From Bilabrum cf. latius (Eukaryota), in assembly GCA_965178125.1 (NCBI GenBank), contig OZ237744.1, positions 1,116,001 to 1,180,000 of the forward strand: DNA of 64,000 bases. Reading direction: 5' to 3'. The position numbers were made by a program, and so were the translations under genes. This document shows positions 10,283 through 22,410 of the stretch, piece after piece; positions within the stretch are counted from its first letter, which is position 1, and the number at the start of each line of letters is the position of its first letter. The notes under the pieces were generated by a model. It did not search any database. It had not been told where the DNA came from and worked only from the letters and a program-made list of their open reading frames with translations.

Positions 10283-13200
10283 TCAGCCCGTGCTCATGCT
10301 GCCAAGCACGCGCTGCACCTCGCGCCGATTCACTGGCTTGCACAGTACCTCGTTCGCCCCGCTTGCAATGAAAGCCTCCTGGTCCTCCGGCAGTGCATTC
10401 CCGGTCACTCCCACGATAGTGACTCGGTTGATCAGCGGACTGGGGTCATGCCGCACAGCAGAAGCCATATCGGGTCCGGACAGTCGGGGCATGGAAAAGT
10501 CCAGCAGCACCAGATCCACAGCCCGCCCTTGCGCTCGCCCTCTGCTTGCATTTTGGTGCTCCCCCAGTGCCCTTGCTTGTTCCCTGAGGATTCGAAGCCC
10601 CTCTAGTCCATCGGATGCAGCCAACACCACAGCGTTGCAGTCGATCGACCTGACCATGCGTGATAAAAACAGCCTGTTGGTGCGGCTGTCATCAACCACC
10701 AGCACGGTTGCTCCCTTGCTAAGGTTTTCGCAGGCTGCATTCAATGTTTCTGACTCCTGTGGCAGCCCATGGACTGGCGCGGCAACCCCATCCGAGATTC
10801 CCACGGTCTGCTGCGAGACAGACCCTGCACCTGATCCATTTACTTCCGTCACTAGCTCTTCTGATACTACTGCAGCGGTAGCAAGACTACCCACACGATC
10901 TGCCACCGCTTCAAAGCTGCCTTCCATGTTCAAGTTCCCGCTGGCGCTGGCGCTCCCCTCCCCCGTCCTGCTGCTGCCCTCGTCTTGTGCCTCGGAGATG
11001 GCATCCAGCCCTCCCCCGGGGCTATCCCAGGCTACCAATACGTTCTGGTGCGCGCGTCGCTTGGCTTCTATCCCATCTCCATGCTTCCATTGCCCCTGCT
11101 CAGGCATTGAGGAGTCTAGCGCAAGACCTGTGTGTGATGACTCAAGCCCAGCGCTGGAGGAGGCAGCCGAGGCGCTTCGTGAGCTCGCTTGAGCTGGCCT
11201 TCCAGCATGGCCGATCGTCGAGTCCATCTCAAACCAGACGAAGAAGACACTGCCCTCGCCAACACGAGACGAGAAGCCGGCACAGGCATCGTGCATCCGC
11301 ATCACAGCAGCCGTGATGGCAAGCCCCAGACCAGACCCCTAACCTTCAGCGGTGAGGATGCCCGAGTGCAGCGTCTCGAAGGGAGTGAAGACCTTGCTCC
11401 AGTCCTTGCGCTGGATGCCTGGTCCCTCGTCAAGCACCCACAGACACACACCTACTTTGCCAGAGGACTATGCACCTTGTGGAAATGACGCAGACCCGTG
11501 CACTAGCGATGGAGTTGCACCCTCGTGCGCGCCTCGATCTCCGTTCGCGGGTGCGTCAACTCCTCCCGCTTCCCTATTTGAACCCCTGTGCTATATGCCG
11601 CCAGACACCTCACTTTTCTTGTCGCTCCCCTTGAAGTCGCCCTGGAGTCGAAGCCACAGCTCGTCATACTGCGACACCGTGTCTGGGGCTATCTGCGCAA
11701 GGGTCGCACACTGCTGAATGTGGTGGCTGCCGCGAGTTGTCGAAGTGTCCTAGCTACCGGCTGCAGCCACGAGAGATGCTTTCGAGATTACCCCTTCCCC
11801 CTTGGAGCCGGTGGTATCTTCATTCGGCTGCGCGTGCATGGCGACAGCGCCACCGGTACCGAGCCAGGGCGCGGTCCCCCGTCTCAGAGCACCCTGTGCC
11901 AAGCTGGCTTCGAGCGCCGCGGGGTCATTGGCCGACTTGCTTGCGCCAATTGGACTCCTTGGAGCGCTATTGCTGCTTCCTGCACTAATTGCAAAGCTGT
12001 GTGTACTAGCCACGGACTGCAAGGATGAGGATGCTCGGCGAGGCCTGGAGCCTGCAGTCCTGACATCCGCAATTCCTTCCGGGGCGACTCTGGCCCGACT
12101 TGTTCGCTCGGTTGCACCCAAAGTGCTGCTACTACGGCTGTCGCTGTCTCTTTGCTAGTGAGAAGCAGCAGGATAAGCCTCCGACACGATGCGGTGCAGA
12201 AGTGCGGTGGTGACAGGGCCAAGGGAGCGAGCTGCGGCCTTCCAGTCGTCCCTAGTCCACAGGTGGGGCGGGTTTGTGCTGGCCCCGAGCACAACTACCG
12301 GGCCGCTCCGCCGCCCCTCATCTGAATGGATTTCCTGTTTGCGCGGTGCCCCCGCGTTCATGAGCCTTGTGACCAGCTTTTCGTCTGGTCGGGACCACTT
12401 GAGCGCATTCGAGGCAAAGTTGTTCAGCGCGCCACGAACCCTGGTGGGGTCGCAGGTGAGCGTCCAGTCCTGTCCGACGCAAGGATGCGTGCAACGGACA
12501 AGAAGACGAACGCCCATGCCTTCCGCCTGCGACGCGAACGTGCGCTGAGTATCGCCAAGCACAGTCGGCAGCAGCTGCACTGGCCTCCTGACTATCTTTA
12601 GTCTACCGGACTCGATGTGCTGTAGGTCGAGCACATCGTTGAGCGTGGTCTGCATGGCCTCTGTGGCTGCCTCGAGCGAGGGCAGCGTGTCGTCGAAGAG
12701 ACCCACAGCCTCCTGTAGCAAGGCCTCGGTCTGGTCGGGACCTTCCTCGCTGCCGTGCGGCCCGCCGCTCCTAACTTGGTCCCTCCCCCTCACTCTTCGA
12801 CGAGACGTGGTTCTTCGTAGTCTTGATGCTTGGTAGGCAGACAGGGCCTACCGAACTCCACTGGCACCCTCCTGGCAGAAATCTAGACCCAGCACTACCG
12901 AGTTGAGAGGCACCCTGCACTCGTGCGACAGGAACCGGACCCTCGACTGCAGCGCAGCTTTCTGCTTTTCGGACACGTCCACTGCCTGATCCAGCTCCTT
13001 GGACTGCTGCGCGTACAGGTACACGCAGGCAAGGAGCACGGCCCTGAGCGCCACGTGCGCAAGCCGCACCAAGAGGTCAGTGGACACGTTGCGACGCACA
13101 ACTTCGGTCGCGTCCGTTGATAGCAGAGCCCTCAATGGGCGACTACCCCATTCCGAGGGGCACCGGCCCCAGTGGTTGGGCAGCCCGGCGATGCGCACGT

Positions 13201-15343
13201 AGGCACAAGCGCATATTCTCGTCGCGTCAAAGAGCACGTCCTCCTAGAGCTGCTGCGGCACGAGCATCTCGAGAAACATGAGCACGGCGAGGACCTTGAG
13301 AGCAGCCCCCAGGCTGGCCGACCGATCCATGCCGGCCTGCACTAGCGGAGACACAACACGGTGCACTACTCTGGTGCCCCTGTGCTAGAAGGCCCGCATC
13401 TCCATAAAGTGCTGGGTCTCGGACACGCCGGTGCCCTGCCCTAAGCACGACAGCGCGCCCAAGCCGACGATGGCAACCTCGTGGACGCATGCGGTGCCTC
13501 GAATTGTATCCGAATCCATCACGACGCGAGGTGCGGTTGCGACACTATGATGCAGCCCTCGCAACCTGCGACGTTTGACTGGTATCGCGGGGGTCATGCA
13601 GCTGGGCACGGCACCGCAGCAACACGGCCGCACGCAGGCCGTCACGCACGCAAGCTCCGCGTCGAGTACACTGCATCTAGATTGTTCCCTCACACCCCTT
13701 TGCTTGGCTCTGACCCACGCTGTCGACTGATGGGCAGCATCCTAAGTTGTCTCGTCCATGCCCCTACTCGGAGTCATCGCAATGAGCAATAGGGAGAGCG
13801 CCATGCACGGCAGCCACACCAGCACTGACACGCTGAACAGCCCAAGGGCGCCAAGGCTGCCGGGGTCTGTCGGCAAGGAGAAAATGGGAGTCGATCTTCC
13901 TCCGAATCGATCGAGCTCGTTCAGTGTTGAATAAGTGGACGGCCAAGACAACGGGAAGGACCCGTTGGCTGGGATTCGCAAGGGGAGGACACCCGCCCTG
14001 CTGGCTGCAGGGATGGCCTCGAGCAGTTCCACGGCGTACATGGCCGCACTCACTTCTGCCTGCGTGGCATATGACATGCACCATGACAGTCGCGGGCTGC
14101 TGGAAATCCTGTTGTGCAACGCGGACAGGCTGCATGCTGGCTCCATCGCCCGCCCGGGCGAGCACGCCGAGCTGCTGTCTCGCGTGCCCACCTCCTGCAA
14201 CAACCGTGCTTCTGCCGCCCTCACGCGGTCTGCTCCAGCAAGCATGCGCTCTGGCACAGCCAACGTGCCCGCTTCCCCCACAGCAGTGGGAGGAGGAGCC
14301 ACAGCCTCAATCTGACCCAGGATGCTCGCCTGCTGCAGCAGAGACAGGAACAGCACCGGTTTGTCGTTGTATCCCCGCACATCTGTGAGGAGAGATACGG
14401 AGTCACCTACATCGCTCGCATTCCTCGCTTCCTCCAGCAGACCCCGCAGCCGTTCCACCTGCCCCAGCCCGTGCTCAGCAACGGCACCAGATGAAGCCAG
14501 GCGCGACACTCCCAGGGCGGAAGAGCCCACCGTGTACATCAATCCGCCGAGCCCAGCGAGGAGGAGCATCCAGAAGACCCTGACCCGCTTCAGACGGAAC
14601 TCAACCTCTGGCCGAGCGGCAGACGTCGCACCGATGATCAGCGACACGACGAGAGCGAGAGATGATGCGGCCGCGGTGATCCAGACGCGCGCCAGGGCGC
14701 CCAGCTGCGAATCGTCTCCACTAGCTACATCCCCAACTGTGACAGCCTCTCCTGATAGCATGGACGAGATCCCGTGGCCCATGACAACTAAGTTGCCTTG
14801 AATAGAGCTCTGGTACACAAGGAGCGGACCCTGGCCGAACAAGCCACCCTCTGTAGTTGACGGAACGTACCGCGAAAGGCTCTCGCAAAGGACCGCGATC
14901 GCCAGAAGCCACATGAGAATTGATACGAGGGCGTGCCTGCCCCATCGCTTGTACGAAAAGCAATTCATCGGGTAACCCGCGCCGCACCACTCCAGCAGCA
15001 ATACAGTGGAGCTGTACAGTGCGGCGAGAAGGCCGTGTAGTACAACTACGACTGATCCGACCCCTACTGCGGATTGACCAATCTTAACGGCTTCATCCAA
15101 GGGGTAGGTCGGGATGGTAGCATCTTCAGGCTGTTGCACTGGAACTGCGAATTCCGTTTCAAAGCCCAAGTTCCACCTCCAGACCGATGCAGACCCCAGC
15201 ATGAATGCTGCGATTTCCATCCCAACAGTAACCACAATAATAGGGCCTGCTGTCGCTATAAGCAACCAACCAGAATAAGAGCAAATAGCCTCGTACGCCA
15301 TCACAGTTTGGGCTGACGACCTCTGCACTGCAGGCGGGAGCAT
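10283..15343 (-). CDS. Membrane-bound hybrid histidine kinase (TM sensor region + HisKA + HATPase + receiver), ~1690 aa
   Basis: One frame with TAG at 13742, 13385, 13244, 12848, 12155, 11750, 11591, 11468 and 11339 and no TAA/TGA until 10283. Motifs: H-box FLSHECRVPLN, N-box LNNFASNALKWS, G1 DEGPGI, F-box VFTPF, G2 G*GSGLGLAI, REC VLVVDD..LLDFSMP..VTGN..KP. Several hydrophobic segments lie N-terminally. Confidence 0.9.
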
Positions 15344-15564
15344 GCTGACTCAAAGCTTGTTCCACCGGAGCGAGTTCACGAACACCATTTGAGCACCCTG
15401 CAGAGTACGTATCGTATGACGTGCAGCACTACGGTGACCTGCAGCGGGACGACAAGCTGCTTCTTGTCTTCATCATCTGAGTGGTCGCAAGCTCAGAGTC
15501 CGCATATTAACGCGGGCACGGTCGCAACTTTATCACATTTCGTGGCATGAACGATAGATTTCTG

Positions 15565-16737
15565 TCACATTCCAATCAGCTTCATGAGTGCAGCCTCAAG
15601 GTCCCTATCGCTTTCGATGTAAGCGGCCTCGCACTCCTCGGCCGGCTTGCCAGAAGGCCCAGACAACCGGAGGCCCATCTCTCGATCCAAGCTCACCGAC
15701 GGCAGTGCAATGCACGCATCAGCCATGGGTTCATCGCTGCTGCCAGTCGCAGCTGTTGCCCCACCGCTGGCCGCCTCTACGGGACCAGCACCAGCACCAG
15801 CACCAGCACCAGCACCAGTGCCAGTGCCAGTGCCAGCACCAGCACCAGCACCAGCACCAGTGCCAGTGCCAGTGCCTGTGCCAGTGCCAGTGCCAGTGCC
15901 AGTGCCAGTGCCAGCACCAGCACCAGCACCAGCACCAGCACCAGTGCAAGTGCTTGAACCAGAGGCAGAGGCAGAGGCAGAGGCAGAGGCAGAGGCAGAG
16001 GCGCGCGCGCGTGCGGCCGCGCCCCACCAGTCTTCATCTTCGACCGATGCTCGTCCGGGCTTCTTGCTGTCTCCTTTGGGCGCCGTCTGAAAGAGTGCGG
16101 CTTCTAGGTCCAGCAGTTCCCTGAGGAAGCCCCTGTTGGGCCCGACGGAAGGCCGCGAGGCCCGCAGCAGCAGCAGGCCCTCGGCAAGCGTGAGCCCGGG
16201 GCGAGCCATCAGCCAGGCGAGGATGATGCTGGCGCTGCGGCTCTGTCCAGCATTACAGTGAACGAGGACTGACCGTAATCGGATTGATTCGGCCCCTGAG
16301 TCTGGTGGCCCGGTGGCGGGAGTCGTCCCCTTCGCCGGCGCCGGCGGCAACCCCCCGCTGGTGGAGGAAGCGGCAGCTGCAACTGCGTCGTCGAGCAAAT
16401 GCTCGGCCCTCAGGAATGCATCAAGGGTGCGGGCTCCTGGCTCAAGCAAGTTAGTAATTGCGAACGATTCAGCGTCGATCATCCCGCATTCGCCGACAAG
16501 CCCGCTGCTGGCACACCTGCTATGCTCTGCAACATCGAAAACGGACTCGGCGCGCTCGGTCGACGGCGCCCGGCTCAGTGCTGCCAAAGCACCGTCTGGA
16601 ATGCTCGAACCTGGCTCCACACACCGTACGATCCTCGCAATTCCGCGGGCGATGATTTCGTCTGGTTCTTCGCCGACTGGGCGCGATCCAAGTATTAAGC
16701 CAGGAAGCACTTCATTTGCCGAGAAGCGCGCACTCAT
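15565..16737 (-). CDS. Dual-specificity protein phosphatase
   Basis: NEVLPGLILGS, VLVHCNAGQSRS (CX5R active site) and RPSVGPNRGFLRELLDLE. Ends TGA. Confidence 0.9.
   Translation of the reverse strand: MSARFSANEVLPGLILGSRPVGEEPDEIIARGIARIVRCVEPGSSIPDGALAALSRAPSTERAESVFDVAEHSRCASSGLVGECGMIDAESFAITNLLEPGARTLDAFLRAEHLLDDAVAAAASSTSGGLPPAPAKGTTPATGPPDSGAESIRLRSVLVHCNAGQSRSASIILAWLMARPGLTLAEGLLLLRASRPSVGPNRGFLRELLDLEAALFQTAPKGDSKKPGRASVEDEDWWGAAARARASASASASASASASGSSTCTGAGAGAGAGAGTGTGTGTGTGTGTGTGTGAGAGAGAGTGTGTGAGAGAGAGAGPVEAASGGATAATGSSDEPMADACIALPSVSLDREMGLRLSGPSGKPAEECEAAYIESDRDLEAALMKLIGM
15784..16002. repeat. Coding hexamer microsatellites (CCAGCA/CCAGTG)n and (AGAGGC)n
   Basis: Directly visible. 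They encode GA/GT and AS dipeptide runs in the phosphatase. Confidence 0.95.
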
Positions 16738-16979
16738 TTAAGGAGCTCACGCAATGTCAACGATTTATTGGGACTGACGTATGGGTCACTGCTGCGAGAT
16801 CCGCCCAGTTTTGCTCCACTGGATGACGACTTCGGAGACCGGAAGACACTGCCAGCAGCAGCTCGTGGGAACGACGCGCTTGGTTGCAATCCAGAACTGC
16901 AGGACCCAACACGCGATCCGGGGGACAGTGTACCCGACACCCTCTGCTCGAGGGAGGCGAGCATACTGGAAGCACCAGG

Positions 16980-19900
16980 TCAGGGCTACCCCCCATCCAC
17001 CCGCCCCTTGCCAGCCACCTCCACCACGAGCATCTCCCCCCTCTCCTGCGTGGTTGCTCGCAGCGGACGGTCAGGGAACAAGTCGCGCACGTCCCTGTTG
17101 CGCACCTGATCCGCGGCTCGCACCCCGGTCACTCGCTTGAGCCCCCCCGGGCTCGCCGCCCTCACCCACGCCCTCACCTTGTCGGGCGCGGCCCGCTCCA
17201 CCTCGAAGGCATCGGGCATGATCCGATCCTTCTGCTGGCCGTACCGCCGAGCGTTGTCCTCAACGTGTCGCCGAACCAGAGGGTGCCTGTTCCCCAGGAC
17301 GGGCGGCTCCGGGGAGTGCAGGTTGCGCCACGCAACTGCCTGGGCCTCGAGGGGCTCCACCGGTGCAGTCCTCGTCGGGACCTTGTTCCGGTCTTGGGTC
17401 CCGTCCCCCCGCACCCCGGCCTGCCCCGCCTTGGCCCGCATGGTCCTCTCCGCAGCGGCCGCCTCCTCCGGCAGGGGCAGCAGCCGCCCGCCCGGCCGCT
17501 TGCCCCCCACCGCAGTCCGGCGCGGCCTGCCCTGACTGCCCGCGCCGCTACTGCCCTGTTCCCTAGCCTGCTGTTCCGCAAGCCCGCCGTCCCCAGCCAG
17601 AGCGTAGTTGCGAGTGTAGGTCGTGTCCTCGATCTGCCCGCTGAGCCACATGTGCGGCGGGAGTGTCCAGCGGAACCCCCTCTCCTAGCCGGCGCCGCGC
17701 CTGGCGTCCACAGTGCCCGCAAGGTAACCGCCACCAGGGGCCTGCCCGAGCCCGCGGGCGCCCGTGTCCAGCCCGCGCCCGCCCCCTGCGCCCCCACCCA
17801 CGCGCGTGGCCAGGGCACCCCCAGTCATCAGCCCGGAACCGCCGGCACCGGAGCCCCAACGCCCCGCGGCACCGTGACCCGTCGCGCGGGCCGCCTGGTG
17901 ACCCGCCCCAGGGCCCCCGATGTGGTGCTTGACGCGCCCGTCGGGGCCCCCCGCCCGTGCGTGCTCCAGCACCGATCGAGGCGAGTACCCCACCCTTCGA
18001 GAGGCCTGCGACGTGTCCTGACTCGCCGCGTCGTCGATGGCCCCGCCCGCAGCCCTGCCGCCGCCGGGCGCTGACCCGAAGCGGTCCTGCTCCTTCCTGG
18101 GATCGTAGCCCCCGCTGCTGCCGCGCACCTGGTCCGCCGCCAGGGGCTTGAACGACGTCGAGAACTTGTCCCTGTGGCGAGTGCGCTGCTCCAGTCGAGA
18201 CATGCGCGTGGCTGCCTTGACCGTGAGTCCCTTTGGCCAGGGCTGTCCCGCCGCCAGACCGCAGCCCGGGAGCAGCACCGCTGTTCCAGCCCCAGCCCCA
18301 GCCCCAGCCCGCCCGTCCTCCCCGTCCCTACCACCTCCCTTGGACTCGGCCATGCCCGCCACTCCACCACGACCCCGAGTAGTCGTGCCCCGCATAGCAC
18401 CTGCCGCGGCGGTCTGCGCCCTCCCCCTCCCCACGATGGTGCTGGTATTGGCGGTGCGGCGGGTCATGCTCCCCGCGATCCCGCCAGTGTTCCCCAGCAT
18501 GGTGGAGGCCCCGTTGAGTGTGACACTCATCCCACCCGCTAGAGAATTGCTCGTCACACCCATGGTGCCACCCATCCCCTGCTCCTCATATGCCTGGTGC
18601 TCCATCGCCGACGACTCCCCCATCTTCTCCTTGAAGGCCCGCGCGAACGCAGCTGCGCTCTTGCCCGCGCTCACGAGCCTCTTCTCTCTCGCCGCCGCGG
18701 CGAAGACCCGCTTGGTCGGGTCCACGATGCGACCGCCCTTGCCCGTGCCGCGCACCATCACCGGGCCCTCCCTAAAGGCCCAGGGGTCGTACTCCGGACC
18801 GGCCTGGTCCAGCAGCACGGCCTGTCCCGCGGAGGTGGCACGGAGGTAGGCATCCATGGCCCGCTGCCTCTCCTTCTGGCCCTGCTTGCCCGGCCTGGAG
18901 TCGATCTTGCGGCGGATGGACCCTTGGATGGTCCCGTATACTTTGCGCTCCCACTCCCGGTGCATGGTGGCCGCGTCCCTCCTGCGCTTGTCTTCCACGG
19001 GTCGGATCTTGCGCGCGTGCACCTTGGCGTACATGCGGTCTCCGGCCTCGATCGTGGCCAGCCTGTCCTTGAGCTGCTTGTCGTCCATCTCCTGCTTGAG
19101 CTCAAGGGCTTTGGCCTGCCGCGCCTGCCTGGTCCTGTCTCTGTCCATCTCCGCAGCCTGCCTCTCCATGTGCCTCGCGATGACAACCGCCCGCTTCCTC
19201 CCCTCCTCCCTCGCCTTGGCAGCGCGACCCCGCCGCTCCTCTGCGAGCCGCACCGCGGTTGACTCGAACTCGTCGATCACCTGGGCTGCGGCATCGGCCC
19301 CAGCGCCCTCCCCCATTAGCCCAGCACGCTTGGCAATCTCTCCCGCGGTCGGTGGCCGGTTGCTACGTCTCGACCTGGAAGTGGACCCAGGCCCAAATGC
19401 GCCCCTGCTCAGCGCATCATGGGCGGCTTCAGCCGCGGCCTGCTGCACCAGCGCGGTTTTCTCCAACGCAGACATGCCGGTGGTATCCGGGCTCCGGTGG
19501 CGGCTCCGGCGGCTCCCGCCCCCGCGCGAAGCAGACAACGAGGCAGGGGTAGGTGGGAACACACCCGTCCCTGTGCCGCCAAAGCCACCGCTCGGCGTCA
19601 GAGCAGAAGCGGGTGATGCTGCGCCCAGAACCACGCTATCCGGGGCCCGAGGACTGTCCTCCCCCCAAGGACCACCGGGACTCGGGCTGGGGCTGCCCTT
19701 GCCGCTCGCGCCGCGCCCAGCGCCCGCGCCCCTGGTCGCAAACCTTGCCACAGGGGTGGGTACCGCCCCGCTTCTAACGCTTCCCCGCCCGCTGCCTGTC
19801 TCCCCCACGTCCTGCAGCCCCCTGCTCCGGCGAGCGGCAGACACGTCCCCCATGCCCCCCTATCGGGGACTCCGGGGGCTCCTCGGTCGGTCGCCCAGCA

Positions 19901-20870
19901 CGTCATCGTCGTCGCCGTCATCGAAGCTGTTCTGCATCCTCCCTGCCCCAGTGCGCAGGGCGGCGAGACCCCGCGTGCCAGGCCGCTGCACGCCCGCGAG
20001 GTTGTCGGGGAGCCGCAGGTGAACCGGCTGCTGGTCTTGCTGCTGGTCTTGGTGGTTGCGCATGCCCGGAGGGGACCCTGTGCTGCTGCCCACCGGCGAC
20101 CCATCGCTGCCATTCAGCGCGGCTTCATCGGCGAATGCCACGGAGCGAGATGGGCTTGGGCTGCGGGATGGGCGCTCCGGCACATGCACGTGCGCTGGTC
20201 TGCGCGGTGGCGGTGGCGGTGCGTTGCCGCTGCTGCCCCTTCGCCTGCCGTGAGCCTCTCGCAGAGCGGCGACCGGTGAGAACTGGTGCTGGTTCTGCTG
20301 CTGGCTGCGCCCCGCACTGTGCATGCGTGCTGCAGCAGGGGCCCGGGGCAGCACGCCGCTGGCAGGAGTCCCAGACTGCAGCCTGACCCGACCACCAGCC
20401 GCTGCCCCGACCCCCTGCCACGCCTGGCCGCTCCTAGCACCATTGAAAGCGCCACCATGAATATCAGAATGGGACATGGACGGCTTCATGGCCCTGCTGC
20501 CACTACCCGCCCCGCTGCCACCGCTACTGCTTCGCCTGCGAGACGAGTGCACGCTGCCGACTCCTCCTATCCCGTCGCTTCGTCCGGATGGAAGTGCTGT
20601 GGGTGGAGCAACACCTGGAGATCCTACGTGTGAGATGAATCCTCCCATTGCGGCTCCGTCGCCGTCCGGATCGATGGCCGGGCGTGCCGAGCCGGGCCGA
20701 CTTCTGGACGCCGCTGGTAATGCATCCCCGCGGGCCGATCGTTCGGCAGCTGGGCTGGATTCTGAAACTAGAGAACGCTATGAGTAGATGCTGCCACTAG
20801 CACCGATGGCAGTAGCGCCAGTGGTGCGCCCGCCTGCTCTTGCAGTCTGGTCGGACACAGCAGCTCGCAT
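16980..20870 (-). CDS. Large low-complexity protein with a FAM228-like segment
   Basis: ORFs 19860-20648, 17685-19853 and 16986-17651 share one frame, with TAG at 20778, 19860, 17685 and 16986. Ends TGA 16980. MHREWERKVYGTIQ..YLRATSAGQAVLLDQAGPEYDPW resembles FAM228 proteins from recall (unverified). Confidence 0.7.
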
Positions 20871-21270
20871 CAATGCTTCTTGTCCGACGACATCCCGAAT
20901 TCGATCCACGCGGGGTCCAGGCTGCGATATAAAGCAATTTATTTGTATTCGACGGGGGGCAACTCTTAATTGTTTCGTGCAGCAGCGAAAGAGCCATGGA
21001 TTTCAGGTCCGCTCACCTGTATCGCTCCGCCGTGGTCTGCTGACCGCCCTATTCTTGCTTTTGGTACCGGCGGTCGTCTAGATGCCATCGAGTGAGGACG
21101 TGCTGCGGATGGGCACCCTGCTGTTTGCTAGGCTATCGAACCAATGGTGGATCTAGTACTAAATTTGCAGTGGGCTCAACGGAACTGCTTCGCGGTCGCA
21201 ACATCTGCAGTAGGTCGCAGCTAGAGATCGCATTCAGATGCAGACAAACATGACAAAATTGTGAACCATG

Positions 21271-22280
21271 TCAACTTATCACACACGTTTTCGCGTCCGA
21301 CTTGCTGCCCCCCTCTGTTTCCATCCTCGCATAACCCCCCGACGCAGAGCCCCCTGACGCACCCCCACTGGAACCGCTGCCACCGCTGCCACCGTGCGCT
21401 AAGTGACCCACCGTAACGCTCCCCGCCTGCGGGCCCCCAGAGCCACCTGATGAAGTCTCTGCGGAGGGTGCAGAGCTGCCTCCCGATGCAGGCGCGGGGC
21501 TTGGTGCAGAGCTGCCGGCCCCTGCTGCCCCGGGGTATGCCCTGCCTGCAGCTGCCCGCTGCTTGGACTGCGACGTGGTTTCTAGCTCGTGCCTACACAC
21601 GGGACACGTGTTGTTGAGCCTCAGCCACTCGAGCACCTCATCGCTGAACATGTGCTGCGCGGTTGATAGGTGTGGAAGATGCAATCACAAGAAGGAAGAG
21701 CGGTGGGAGAGAGAGCCGCGGGAAAAGAGCGGCGGCATTGATGAGGCAGCCAGGCTATAGGCATGCAAGTATTGCATAGATCTTATCGCACGACGTATAC
21801 GGCTGCTCACGCCGCATGGAAGCTGCACAACTGTATCGCCCTGCTTGATCGCATCAGCGGTAATTGGACACGTTACCCCCTGCGAAACAAGACAGACTAC
21901 AAGGCAACGTTGGACAGCCTAATATCGTAAGCTAATGCGCCCAACACAGGGCGCTATACCGCGCATCTGTTGTACCGACGTACCTGTGCAGCAAACGCCT
22001 TGTCAGCCTGGAACGTGTGCAGTGAATCCAGTGCATCCTTGCTTGTCGTTGTGTCTTTCTTCGACCCTCTGCTCTATGCAGCATTGGATTGCATTTGCCG
22101 CAATCTTTCGATAAGAACTTGTGCTGGCGGCGGGATCGCTTGCATAGTTCGGCCGAGACGCAAGACCATGCCGCAGTGACCACATCTGACCACCGGTGAG
22201 CCCGCAGGAGCCGCCAGAAGCGCACGACAAGATCCACATATCAATGCCATTGATGGTACTCCACCGACATGCAGCGCCAT
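21271..22280 (-). CDS. LSD1-type zinc finger + degenerate RING protein (putative E3 ligase)
   Basis: CGSCRALLAAPAGSPVVRCGHC is LSD1-like. TAG at 22074. Introns 21880-21983 and 21655-21810 give CPIT..LPCGHMF..WLRLNNTCPVCRHEL. Ends TGA. Confidence 0.8.
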
Positions 22281-22410
22281 GACTCGTGGATGCTGGAAGA
22301 TAGCAGTTTCTTGCCATTTCTCGGACGTGTACGCGATCGGTTCGCTCGTGAGCAACGAACGTTCTGTTCGGTGATTCGAAACGACAGCTTCACAGGGCGA
22401 TTATCGTGCC

